Position numbers and translations under genes: made by a program
In this document: in pieces, positions 55,766-64,000 of the stretch
How positions within the stretch are numbered: position 1 is the first letter of the stretch
How the letters are laid out: each line of letters opens with the position of its first letter
The notes under the pieces: model-generated
Databases searched by the model: none
The model's input: only the letters and a program-made list of their open reading frames with translations
Told to the model about the DNA's origin: nothing
Assembly (NCBI GenBank): GCA_964520325.1
Contig: CAZFOB010000003.1
Coordinates: 154,745-218,744, forward strand
From: an uncultured Actinomycetes bacterium
GTDB lineage: Bacteria; Actinomycetota; JAICYB01
Direction of reading: 5' to 3'
Length of the DNA stretch: 64,000 nucleotides

Positions 55766-58700
55766 TCAGACGCCGCGACGCGTGGCTTCGGCTGCGAGTT
55801 CAGCTCGCGTGGACACGCCGAGCTTGCCGAAGACGTTGCGCAGATGGGCGGAGACCGTCCGCTTCGAGACGAACAGCCGCTCGCCGATCTGGGGATTCGT
55901 CAGGCCTTCGGCGACGAGGGCGACGACCTTCAGCTCGGTCGGCGTGAGGCTGTCCCACCCGGCCGGCGGACGGCGACGCGGCCCCCACCCGCGGAGAGCG
56001 AAGGCGACGGCGTCGTCGAGCTCGGTCACCTCGCCGGCGGACCAGGCGTCCGTGAATGCGTCCTCGCCCAAGCGGGAGCGCGCAGCGGCGATGTCGTCCG
56101 AGATGGTGAGGACCGGATTCGGCCTGCGGACCGTCCCCATCCGTGTGCGGGCCGAGGTCGCCGCTGCCCAGAGCCGTACGGCGTCGGCGTCGGCGCCGAC
56201 GTCCGAGCGGAGCGCAGCCGCCACATCGAGGAGGTCGGGAGCCAACACGCGGGGCCCCAAATCGCTGATGACCGTCAGCCCCTCGTGGACATGCCGTTCC
56301 GCTTCCTCTATCTCTCCCATCGCGCGAGCGGCGATGGCGCTTGCACCCAGGGTCAACGCCGTGATGAACAAAAAGGGGATCTGCGCGGGCGCGACGGTGC
56401 CAGCATCGATCGTTCGCCTGGCCTTCTCGCGATCGCCTGCGGCGACGAAGTTGATCGCTCGCAGTCCCGAGATCACGTCGCCGTACATCATCGCGACCAT
56501 GTGGAGGCCATCGGTCCGCTCGTCCGCATCTGACGCGTCGCTGCTGATCAGCGAGAACTCCTCATCCGCATCTTCGATCCGACCTTCGTCGACGGCCATC
56601 CACGCGAGGGCGAACCTGGCCATGAGCGCGACCATGGCGCGTTCAGGGGTGTCCGCATCGGCGAGCGACAACGCTCGCGCTGCGTGTTCCCGTGCTCTGG
56701 CCGAATCGCCCTTCAGCCAGAGGGCGCAGGCGAGGAAGGTCTCGGCCCTCGATGTCCACTCCGGTTCACCGGCAGCCGCGAACCACGCACGGCTGTCCTC
56801 GAGCACGTTGATCCCCGCGTCGACGTCACCGGCCTGGTACAGCGCGAAGCCGTACACCTGACGCAGCGGTTCGGCGCTGAGATTCGCCTGCTGGGCAACA
56901 GCCAGCCCTTCCCGAACGGCGGCGAGTCCGCGCTCCCCGGTGTACCCGAGGGCCTGGCCCAGGAAGTACTGGGCCTGCCAGAGCGCAGCCGGGTCGTTCG
57001 CGTCCCTCGCGACCTGGACGCTCTCTTCGAGGACCGCCACTCCCTGCGCCCGATCCACCATGCTGAGCGAGAACCCGTACCGCTGCAGGAGGTACGAGAG
57101 GTGGGACAGGTTTCCGATCTCGCGCGCAAGGGGGATCGCATCGCGCGCGAGCGTCCCGCCTTCGATGACTTCACCCTCGATGAACATCGCGTGCGCGAGC
57201 GCTGCCGACGCTGCAACTCTCGCGTGCGGCGGCGCATCGCCTGTGTCGCGCAACAGTTCATCGAGCCAGCGCCGGCCTTCACGGACCCGCATCCCTGAAC
57301 TGGTCGCGAACGAGCGTATCCAAACGTCCCAAAGCGAAGTCGCCAGACGCAGACCGGACTCGTGATGTCCATCGACGATCGCCCATTCGCATGCTTCGCG
57401 GAGGTTGTCGTACATGACGTCGATGGCGGCTCGCGTTTCCAGAGGGCCCCCTTTTCCGCCCCTCAGTTCGGCCAGCAGGTTCACTGCCCAGTCGGCGTGG
57501 AAGTCGAGATGACTCGTCGAGACGTCCTTCGCCTCGCCACTCGCAACCAAACGCTCGCGTGCGTACTGACGGATGGTCTCGAGCAATCGGTAGCTCGTAC
57601 CAGACCCGGTGTCATCCGCAACGACCAACGAACGATCGACGAGCTGGGAGAGGAGCTCGAGGACGTCCGCTTGTTGGACCTCACCACCGGACACGACATG
57701 CTCGGCCCCCGCGAGCGTGAAGGTTCCCGCGAATACGGCCAGCCGCCGAAGGACGACCTTCTGCGGGCCGGACAGCATGTCGTGGCTCCATCCGACCGAC
57801 GCCTCGAGGGTCTGCTGCCGCGCGAGCACGGTGCGCGAACCACGTCCGAGCAGGCGGAAGCGGTCGTTGATGCCTGAGGCAAGGTCACGCACGGACAACA
57901 CACGCACGCGGGCGGCGGCCAGCTCGAGCGCGAGGGGGATCCCATCGAGACGCTTGCAGATCTCCGCCACGGACGCCGCGCTCTCAGCCGTCAGCGCGAA
58001 TCCCGGCCGCGCATGCGCCGCGCGGTCGACGAACAGCCGCACGGCGTCGTATCCGAGGAGATCTTCCGGACGATCGCTCCCGTTCTCCGGAGCACGCAGG
58101 GACGGCACGCGCCACGCGACCTCGCTCTCCACGCCGACCGGCTCGCGGCTGGTCGTGATGATGTGCACGTTCGGACAGGCCTTGAGGATCGCGTCGGCGA
58201 GTCGAGCGCTGGCGTCGACGAGATGCTCGCAGTTGTCCAGAACGACGAGGGCTGCGAGACCCGACAGCCGCAGGCACACCGACTCGGTGTCGTCCCTCGA
58301 TCGATCCTCGCGAACGCCCATGGTCGTGCGGAGCGTTTGCGCTACGGCGGATGGATCGGACAGGGGGCCGAGATCACAGAACCACACGCCGTCCGGGAAC
58401 ATGTCGGGGACCAAGCGCGAAACCTCGATGGCCAGGCGCGTCTTCCCGCAGCCGCCGGCGCCTGTCAGCGTGACCAGCCGGTGCTCGCCGACGAGCCGGC
58501 GGGCCTCTTCGAGTTCGAGGACACGTCCGACGAAGCTCGTGAGGGGCACGGGGAGGTTGCCCGCGCTCGCGGGCGACGAGCGGATCGGTGGGAACCGTCC
58601 CTGAAGCGCCGGATGGGTGAGCTGGTAGGCGCGCTCGGCGCGGTCGAGATCCTTCAGCTGGTGGGAGCCGAGATCGATCAGGTCCACGCCGTCGGGAAGC

Positions 58701-59188
58701 GCGTCCTGGACGAGGTCGCGCGTCGAGGACGACAGGAGCGTCTGGCCCCCGTGCGCGAGATCGCGCAGCCGAGCCGTCCGGATGATGACCGGACCGTCAT
58801 AGCGGGACTCGTCGCGGAGCTCGACCTCGCCCGTGTGCAGCGCCATGCGGACGGCGATGGGTCCGTCCACCAGCCCGATCTGCAACGCGAGCGCCGCCGC
58901 AACTGCGTCGGACGCACGCGCGAACGCGACGACGAAGCTGTCCCCTTCGCCCTGCTCGAGAGGACGGGCGCCACCACATCGTGCGGCGACCTCGTCGATC
59001 AGGGCGTCGAGGGAGGACATGGAGGAGCGCATCTGCGCTGCCTGCTCCTCCCACGCACGCGTCGACGACTCGACGTCGGCGAGCAAGAGCGTCACCGTCC
59101 CCGACGGGAGTTGGACGGCGCGTTCGTCATTCTTCATCGCGAGTCCAGTGTGGGCCACCGCCGCATCGTGACGCAGACCGCGCACCAC
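55766..59188 (-). CDS. Adenylate-cyclase-domain / STAND NTPase / TPR / LuxR-HTH transcriptional regulator
   Basis: N-terminal class III cyclase (...VTLLLADVESST...), P-loop LTGAGGCGKTRLA, TPR-like helical region, and C-terminal LuxR HTH ...LTPTELKVVALVAEGLTNPQIGERLFVSKRTVSAHLRNVFGKLGV. An alternative start lies at ATG 59137. Confidence 0.85.
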   Translation of the reverse strand: MVRGLRHDAAVAHTGLAMKNDERAVQLPSGTVTLLLADVESSTRAWEEQAAQMRSSMSSLDALIDEVAARCGGARPLEQGEGDSFVVAFARASDAVAAALALQIGLVDGPIAVRMALHTGEVELRDESRYDGPVIIRTARLRDLAHGGQTLLSSSTRDLVQDALPDGVDLIDLGSHQLKDLDRAERAYQLTHPALQGRFPPIRSSPASAGNLPVPLTSFVGRVLELEEARRLVGEHRLVTLTGAGGCGKTRLAIEVSRLVPDMFPDGVWFCDLGPLSDPSAVAQTLRTTMGVREDRSRDDTESVCLRLSGLAALVVLDNCEHLVDASARLADAILKACPNVHIITTSREPVGVESEVAWRVPSLRAPENGSDRPEDLLGYDAVRLFVDRAAHARPGFALTAESAASVAEICKRLDGIPLALELAAARVRVLSVRDLASGINDRFRLLGRGSRTVLARQQTLEASVGWSHDMLSGPQKVVLRRLAVFAGTFTLAGAEHVVSGGEVQQADVLELLSQLVDRSLVVADDTGSGTSYRLLETIRQYARERLVASGEAKDVSTSHLDFHADWAVNLLAELRGGKGGPLETRAAIDVMYDNLREACEWAIVDGHHESGLRLATSLWDVWIRSFATSSGMRVREGRRWLDELLRDTGDAPPHARVAASAALAHAMFIEGEVIEGGTLARDAIPLAREIGNLSHLSYLLQRYGFSLSMVDRAQGVAVLEESVQVARDANDPAALWQAQYFLGQALGYTGERGLAAVREGLAVAQQANLSAEPLRQVYGFALYQAGDVDAGINVLEDSRAWFAAAGEPEWTSRAETFLACALWLKGDSARAREHAARALSLADADTPERAMVALMARFALAWMAVDEGRIEDADEEFSLISSDASDADERTDGLHMVAMMYGDVISGLRAINFVAAGDREKARRTIDAGTVAPAQIPFLFITALTLGASAIAARAMGEIEEAERHVHEGLTVISDLGPRVLAPDLLDVAAALRSDVGADADAVRLWAAATSARTRMGTVRRPNPVLTISDDIAAARSRLGEDAFTDAWSAGEVTELDDAVAFALRGWGPRRRPPAGWDSLTPTELKVVALVAEGLTNPQIGERLFVSKRTVSAHLRNVFGKLGVSTRAELAAEATRRGV

Positions 59189-59261
59189 TACATCGGCCAG
59201 ATGACGTAGAAGCGCTGTGCGCCGCTGCTCAGGGCGTTACGCCGCGTCGATGCGGTAGACG

Positions 59262-59488
59262 ACGCCCTCGTCCAGGGCCAGGACATCCAACTCGCCGTCG
59301 GCGTCCTGGCCGAAGGGCGAGATCTCGCCCGGAGCGGGCAGATCCGCTACCGCGCGCCAACAAACTTCGTCGGAACGGACACGTTCACGTACACGATCTC
59401 CGACGGAGCCGGCGGGACCGACGATGCAACCGTGACCATCGACGTCCGTTGCAGGCCATTGCCGCGCGGCCTGGGCTGCAGCAGCTGA
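59262..59488 (+). pseudogene. Orphan fragment encoding a cadherin/Ig-like adhesin repeat (no start codon)
   Basis: In-frame translation ...GQIRYRAPTNFVGTDTFTYTISDGAGGTDDATVTIDVRCRP* matches the consensus of tandem Ig-like repeats in large bacterial adhesins. No initiator and no upstream continuation. Confidence 0.3.
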
Positions 59489-59493
59489 CGACT

Positions 59494-60582
59494 TCACTCG
59501 AAGCAGACGTGGTGCGTGCGTCCTTCTTCGAGGAAGCGAAGAAGATCTGCGCCCTCCTCGACCAGCGCTGATCGCTCGACGTTCGTCAGCTTCCGGATCG
59601 GTCCGAGCACGAGCGTCGCCGTCGTCTTCTTGCGCTCGATCTTCCAGGTTCCGCAAACGAAACCGTCTACCGAGAAGCTCGACCAACCCACCGCCTCTTT
59701 GACGGGCCAGGCCTCGTAGATGATCCGGCTGCGATCGGCGTGTCCGAGGAACACGTTGTCGTAGTCGCCGAAGAAGCGTGGTGGTGCGGGTGTGTCGGCG
59801 TCCGGGAACGGTGATCCGGGGACGTCGAACAGCTCGCGTTCCTTCTCGTCGCAAAACGTCACGAGTTTCGCACGCAACCGGTCGATCAGATCGCGGTGTC
59901 CGCTGATACCCGACCAGTTGCGGAAGTCCGCCATCGTTGCCGGACCGAAGGCCGTGAGGTAGCGCAGGAACATCTGGTCGATCGACGGCCGTTTCGCGAG
60001 CGGCTTGCCGAGCCATCCTTCGACGGTCGTCCAGTACGGCCGTCCGGTTCGTCCCCACAACCCTCGGGGCGGTGTCTGCACGAGCGGGAGCGCGAACTTG
60101 ACCGCGAAGCCGAGCGCTTCGGCGTCGCGGCCGGGCCACCGCTTCAGGAGCAGCTTGCCGATCTCCGGCGTCGTCCTCGGCTGCTCTTCGAGGATCGCTC
60201 GACCGGCGTCCAGCATGTCTTGGATGTCGAGACCGGTGAGTCGCTTGCCGAAGGCCTGGCCGCTGAAGGCCCGCTCGAGGACGCGCTGGACGAGCGGACG
60301 GATCTTCCGGACGTCGCCCGATGAGACCAGATGGATGGTTGAGCGCATCAATGGAGCACGCACGACGCGCTTGTCCTCGAGCGCCCTGCTGAGCTCCATC
60401 GGGTCGAAGTCGTTCAGGCGCGTCCACATCGTGATGTATGGGTTGGACGGCTCCTGGGCTTGCACCCCGACGAGATGCTCGACGAGGTCGATGACCGGCA
60501 TGCCCACGCGAGCGAGGAGCATCTGGCGCGCGAGCAGCGAGCGATTGAGGGTGCGTCTATTGAGGGTCGGGGCAGCGGTCAT
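59494..60582 (-). CDS. Winged-helix DNA-binding protein, AlkZ/YcaQ-like (DUF1006) putative DNA glycosylase
   Basis: ...LLARQMLLARVGMPVIDLVEHLVGVQAQEPSNPYITMWTRL...VRAPLMRSTIHLV... is characteristic of the YcaQ/AlkZ family. Start ATG at 60582. Confidence 0.65.
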   Translation of the reverse strand: MTAAPTLNRRTLNRSLLARQMLLARVGMPVIDLVEHLVGVQAQEPSNPYITMWTRLNDFDPMELSRALEDKRVVRAPLMRSTIHLVSSGDVRKIRPLVQRVLERAFSGQAFGKRLTGLDIQDMLDAGRAILEEQPRTTPEIGKLLLKRWPGRDAEALGFAVKFALPLVQTPPRGLWGRTGRPYWTTVEGWLGKPLAKRPSIDQMFLRYLTAFGPATMADFRNWSGISGHRDLIDRLRAKLVTFCDEKERELFDVPGSPFPDADTPAPPRFFGDYDNVFLGHADRSRIIYEAWPVKEAVGWSSFSVDGFVCGTWKIERKKTTATLVLGPIRKLTNVERSALVEEGADLLRFLEEGRTHHVCFE

Positions 60583-60625
60583 CGAACTAGTATCGACACG
60601 TCTGGGAGCCAACGGAGGACGCAGC

Positions 60626-62515
60626 GTGGCGATGACGATGTCGATCGAGCAGGCGGTGGCGGAAGCTGATGTGCCCGTGCTGCTCGTCGCCACCGCGCAC
60701 CTGACCGGCGACCTCTCACTGCTCCGGGACGAGTTCCGTCCCGACTCCTCCAACCTCTTCGACCCGAACGCCGGTCTGTCCGAGGAAGCCATCGCTCAGG
60801 CACGCGTGCTCGCGGGCGACGTGCTGCGTCGCCACTTCGACTCAGGGACCGACCCCGCCCCGGACAGCAGTGACGCCGACCTGTACCGGATGATCGCGTT
60901 CCTCGTCGGCGAAGAGCCGATGGAGGAGTACCTTCCCGTGCTGCTCGAAGAGCTCGCACTGTCGGGGACCGATCCACGCGCGCCGACATGGCACAAGTCG
61001 GACATCGCACCGGACACCGCGTTCAGCGTCGCCGTCGTCGGCGCGGGCATGTCCGGACTCGTCGTCGCGCATCGGCTCCTGCAGGCCGGGATCGACGTCA
61101 CGATCTTCGAGAAGAACGCCGATGTCGGCGGAACGTGGCTCGAGAACACATATCCGGGGTGCCGCGTGGACGTCCCGAGCAATCTCTACAGCTACTCCTT
61201 CGCGCAGACTCCGTGGCCGGGGTTCTTCTCAGCGCAGGAGAGCCTCCTCGGCTACTTCCGGCAATGCGCGGACGATCTCGGTCTCCGCGAGCACATCCGC
61301 TTCGGCACCGAGGTCTTGTCGTGCGCCTACGACGACGAGCCCCAGATGTGGTCGCTTCGCGTCAGCACCGACGGTCGAGAGGAGATCCACGAGTGCAACG
61401 CCGTCGCGAGCGCGGTCGGTCAGCTGAACCGGCCGAAGTTCCCCGACATCGCCGGGCGCGATCGGTTCGCCGGCCGGTCGTTCCACTCGGCCCGCTGGGA
61501 GTACGACGTCGATCTGTCGGAGGCGCGGGTGGCGATCATCGGTACCGGCGCGAGCGCGGCGCAGTTCATCCCCACGGTGGGTGAGCAGGCCGGAGCTCTC
61601 ACCGTCTTCCAACGAACCGCGCCGTGGCTCGTTCCGACGCCCAACTACCACGACGGGATCCCCGACGGCGTTGCTTTCCTGCTCGATCGGGTTCCGAACT
61701 ATGTGCGGTGGGACCGGCTCTGGCTCTTCTGGCGTTCGCACGAGGGACTGCTGCCGGCTGCGCAGGTCGATCCGGAGTGGCCGGATCAGCACAAGTCGAT
61801 CAGCATGATGAACGAGTTCGTGCGGATATTCCTCACGGAGTACCTTCGCGCTGAGTTCCCGGAAGACGAGCTGTTCGAGAAGGTCGTCCCCAACTACCCG
61901 CCGATCGCCAAGCGCATCGTGCGCGACAACGGGATCTATGCGCGGACGCTGCGGCGTGACAACGTCGACCTCGTCACCGAGAGGATCGAGGAGATCACGG
62001 AGACGGGCATCCGCACTGCCGACGGCGTCGAGCACTCATTCGACGTGATCATCTACGGGACGGGGTTCCATGCCTCGAAGTTCCTGATGCCGATGGGCGT
62101 CACAGGACGAGACGGCGTCGACCTCCACAAGCATTGGGACGGCGACCCGCGCGCGTACCTCGGTCTCGTTGTCCCGCAGTTCCCGAACCTGTTCATGCTC
62201 TACGGTCCGAACACCAACATCGTGATCAACGGCAGCATCATCTACTTCTCCGAGTGCGAAGCCCACTACATCGTCGAGTCGGTCCGGATGCTGCTCGAGG
62301 ACGGCCATCGGTCGATGGAGTGCCGGACGGACGTGCACGACGACTACAACGTGCTCATCGACGACACCAACCGTCGCATGGCGTGGGGCGCGTCGACGGT
62401 GAGCACCTGGTACAAGAACGAGAAAGGCCGCATCACCCAGAATTGGCCCTTCTCGCTGCTCGAGTACTGGCAGCGCACACGCATGCCGGATCCGAACGAA
62501 TACGTCCTGCGCTGA
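60626..62515 (+). CDS. Flavin-containing / Baeyer-Villiger-type monooxygenase with approx 120-aa N-terminal extension
   Basis: FAD motif VAVVGAGMSGLVVAHRL, FMO motif ...GGTWLENTYPGCRVDVPS..., NADPH motif VAIIGTGASAAQ. GTG 60626 lies 6 nt after RBS GGAGGA. The 836-aa six-frame ORF from 60005 overlaps the divergent gene and is rejected. Confidence 0.8.
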   Translation: MAMTMSIEQAVAEADVPVLLVATAHLTGDLSLLRDEFRPDSSNLFDPNAGLSEEAIAQARVLAGDVLRRHFDSGTDPAPDSSDADLYRMIAFLVGEEPMEEYLPVLLEELALSGTDPRAPTWHKSDIAPDTAFSVAVVGAGMSGLVVAHRLLQAGIDVTIFEKNADVGGTWLENTYPGCRVDVPSNLYSYSFAQTPWPGFFSAQESLLGYFRQCADDLGLREHIRFGTEVLSCAYDDEPQMWSLRVSTDGREEIHECNAVASAVGQLNRPKFPDIAGRDRFAGRSFHSARWEYDVDLSEARVAIIGTGASAAQFIPTVGEQAGALTVFQRTAPWLVPTPNYHDGIPDGVAFLLDRVPNYVRWDRLWLFWRSHEGLLPAAQVDPEWPDQHKSISMMNEFVRIFLTEYLRAEFPEDELFEKVVPNYPPIAKRIVRDNGIYARTLRRDNVDLVTERIEEITETGIRTADGVEHSFDVIIYGTGFHASKFLMPMGVTGRDGVDLHKHWDGDPRAYLGLVVPQFPNLFMLYGPNTNIVINGSIIYFSECEAHYIVESVRMLLEDGHRSMECRTDVHDDYNVLIDDTNRRMAWGASTVSTWYKNEKGRITQNWPFSLLEYWQRTRMPDPNEYVLR

Positions 62516-62809
62516 GTGGTCATCGAGACGGCGACGTTCAAGCTTGTCGCCGATGCCGATGAGGCCGCGTTCCTCGAGGCCGACCATCGCGTGCAGACCG
62601 AGTTCATCCCGAACCACCCCGGCTTCATCCGCCGGACGACCGCGAGGGGCGTGGACGAGGAGTGGCTCACCGTCGCGTTGTGGTACTCCGAAGCAGATGC
62701 TGTTTCATCACAGGCGCTGTGGCCAACGCACGATGCGACCATCGCGTTCATGTCGTTCGTCGACGTCGAGTCCGTTCGAGTGAAGCGTTACACCGACATC
62801 GGCGGCTGA
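62516..62809 (+). CDS. ABM/Dabb-like small monooxygenase-fold protein
   Basis: 97 aa with a ferredoxin-like ABM pattern (...FKLVADADEAAFLEADHRVQTEF...WLTVALWYSEADAVSS...). GTG start directly after the monooxygenase stop. Confidence 0.55.
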   Translation: MVIETATFKLVADADEAAFLEADHRVQTEFIPNHPGFIRRTTARGVDEEWLTVALWYSEADAVSSQALWPTHDATIAFMSFVDVESVRVKRYTDIGG

Positions 62810-62810
62810 G

Positions 62811-63164
62811 TTACTGCTGGACGAGCATCACCGGGTTGCCTTCGGGATCTGTGATGGCTGCCAAGGTCGGCTGCCCGGGAAGGTCGAACGGTTCGGCGAC
62901 GATCTCTCCACCGAGCATCTTCGCGTGGTCGAGCGAGGTGCGCAGGTCCTTCACTTGGATGAAGAGCGTCACGCCGCTGCGGTCGCTCTTGCGGATGTGT
63001 CCGGCCGGACCGGGCTCGGGCCCACCGATGCCTGCGGAGATCGACATGATCGCGCCGTCGCCGATGTCCCAGTTGAAGAGCTCGCCGTAGAACGTGCGCA
63101 GCAGGCCTGGATCTGTGGCTTCGATCTCCCAGTGCACGACCGGCCGAGCCCAGTCTTGACTCAT
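62811..63164 (-). CDS. VOC/glyoxalase-family protein
   Basis: MSQDWARPVVHWEIEATDPGLLRTFYGELFNWDI...GEIVAEPFDLPGQPTLAAITDPEGNPVMLVQQ. Start ATG 63164. The upstream six-frame extension is rejected. Confidence 0.7.
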   Translation of the reverse strand: MSQDWARPVVHWEIEATDPGLLRTFYGELFNWDIGDGAIMSISAGIGGPEPGPAGHIRKSDRSGVTLFIQVKDLRTSLDHAKMLGGEIVAEPFDLPGQPTLAAITDPEGNPVMLVQQ

Positions 63165-63177
63165 GTACCGAGGGTAG

Positions 63178-64000
63178 TCACTCGCGCGAGAGGTAATCCC
63201 TGACGGCGTCGAGCGCGCGCGGCGGCAATCCAGCGCGGGGGGCCGGGCCCGTGTACGCGAGCCGCGGACGGAACGGCGTTGGGCGCCGAGCTTCCTCGAG
63301 CGCGTGCGCGATCCACCCGGCCGACTTGGCGACGAACGAGAGACACGCTCCGGAACCGGTGTCCATACCGAGCGTCCACGACACGGCTGCGAGCGCGTAC
63401 GTGAGCGTCGGAGGTCCGCCGCTGCGCTGCTCGAGCTCTCCTGCGAGCGAGGCAACGACGTCCACGCGTTCGGGCGCAGCCGAGCTCAGCGCCTCGAGCA
63501 GGACGACAGCGCGCGGATCGCCCGACCGGTACGTCGCCTTCGAGAACCCCGCGTCGATCGCCTCGGCGTCGAGCGCGTCGATGGCGCGCATCGTGCCCTC
63601 GGAAGCCGTCGTCGCCAGCGCCGACTCGAGCGCCGCGTAGGGCTTGGAGTCGGCCGCCGCCATCGCCGCCGCTACGGCCGACGCGACACCCCCGCCGTTG
63701 GACACCGTGAGTCGGGAGATCAATGCGGCGCGCGACAGCCCGTGCTCGCACGTAAGGATGAGCGCGGCATTGAGGACGCCGAGCAGTGGGGGAGTGATCT
63801 CACACGATCCGAGCTTCTGCGACAGCCTTACCGCCATACGCGGATCGGGCCCCCCGGGAAGACCGGCACCCGGAAGCGCGTCGACGAGACACGCCATCAC
63901 GTCGGAAGCTGCAGCCGTACCAGTGCGCGCGCCGTGCGCCGCGGCCACGCCTTGAGCGATGAGGCGCAGACGGTCGATCGGCTGGGCGTGCCTTCGCAAT
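63178..64000 (-). CDS. Citrate-synthase-family protein, C-terminal part (gene continues beyond window end)
   Basis: C-terminal ...SAGWIAHALEEARRPTPFRPRLAYTGP resembles the conserved citrate synthase / citryl-CoA lyase C-terminus. Open to the window edge. Confidence 0.45.
   Translation of the reverse strand, partial: LRRHAQPIDRLRLIAQGVAAAHGARTGTAAASDVMACLVDALPGAGLPGGPDPRMAVRLSQKLGSCEITPPLLGVLNAALILTCEHGLSRAALISRLTVSNGGGVASAVAAAMAAADSKPYAALESALATTASEGTMRAIDALDAEAIDAGFSKATYRSGDPRAVVLLEALSSAAPERVDVVASLAGELEQRSGGPPTLTYALAAVSWTLGMDTGSGACLSFVAKSAGWIAHALEEARRPTPFRPRLAYTGPAPRAGLPPRALDAVRDYLSRE

Overview
The window is a high-GC (about 70%) chromosomal segment of actinobacterial type, and roughly 24 kb of it (18.5-41.9 kb) is a near-complete aerobic-type cobalamin (B12) biosynthesis supercluster. 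A plus-strand unit reads cobalamin riboswitch, cbtB, cbtA, cobG, cobH, cobIJ fusion. It converges on a minus-strand run of 17 tightly packed, mostly start/stop-overlapping genes: cobU, cobT, cobS, then a second cobalamin riboswitch, then a CobC-type phosphatase, cbiB/cobD, cobQ, cobN, a chlI/chlD-type chelatase fusion, cobO, an unexpected ApgM-like metalloenzyme, cobB, the cobC aminotransferase, cobL, cobM, cobF, cobK. The B12-dependent methionine synthase metH lies just downstream. Flanking genes are mostly metabolic: a metzincin protease, aldo-keto reductase, CoA-transferase, a DesA3-like desaturase plus TetR preceded by a striking array of 15-bp palindromic repeats, a six-gene translationally coupled envelope/glycosylation-type operon (GT2, DUF2064, Mo-oxidoreductase, membrane proteins, epimerase), amtB-glnK, and an acyl-CoA ligase / cupin-adenylate cyclase / receiver-fused CxxC-less thioredoxin-reductase-like flavoprotein / enoyl-CoA hydratase operon. 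A lower-GC islet (about 49.9-52.4 kb) carries three GNAT acetyltransferases and a DUF433/DUF5615 toxin-antitoxin-like pair. Next to it a secreted delta-60 beta-propeller protein with a WxL-like C-terminus sits beside a DUF916-like anchored protein, a Csc-like surface pair unusual for a high-GC genome. Also present are a 1140-aa cyclase-STAND-LuxR regulator, an AlkZ-like protein, a flavin monooxygenase and small redox proteins. Remnants include an IS110-type transposase N-terminus and an adhesin Ig-repeat fragment. I found no rRNA, tRNA or CRISPR. Many long Arg-rich ORFs in the six-frame track are antisense artefacts of high-GC DNA. All family calls come from motifs read directly in the translations, without database searches.
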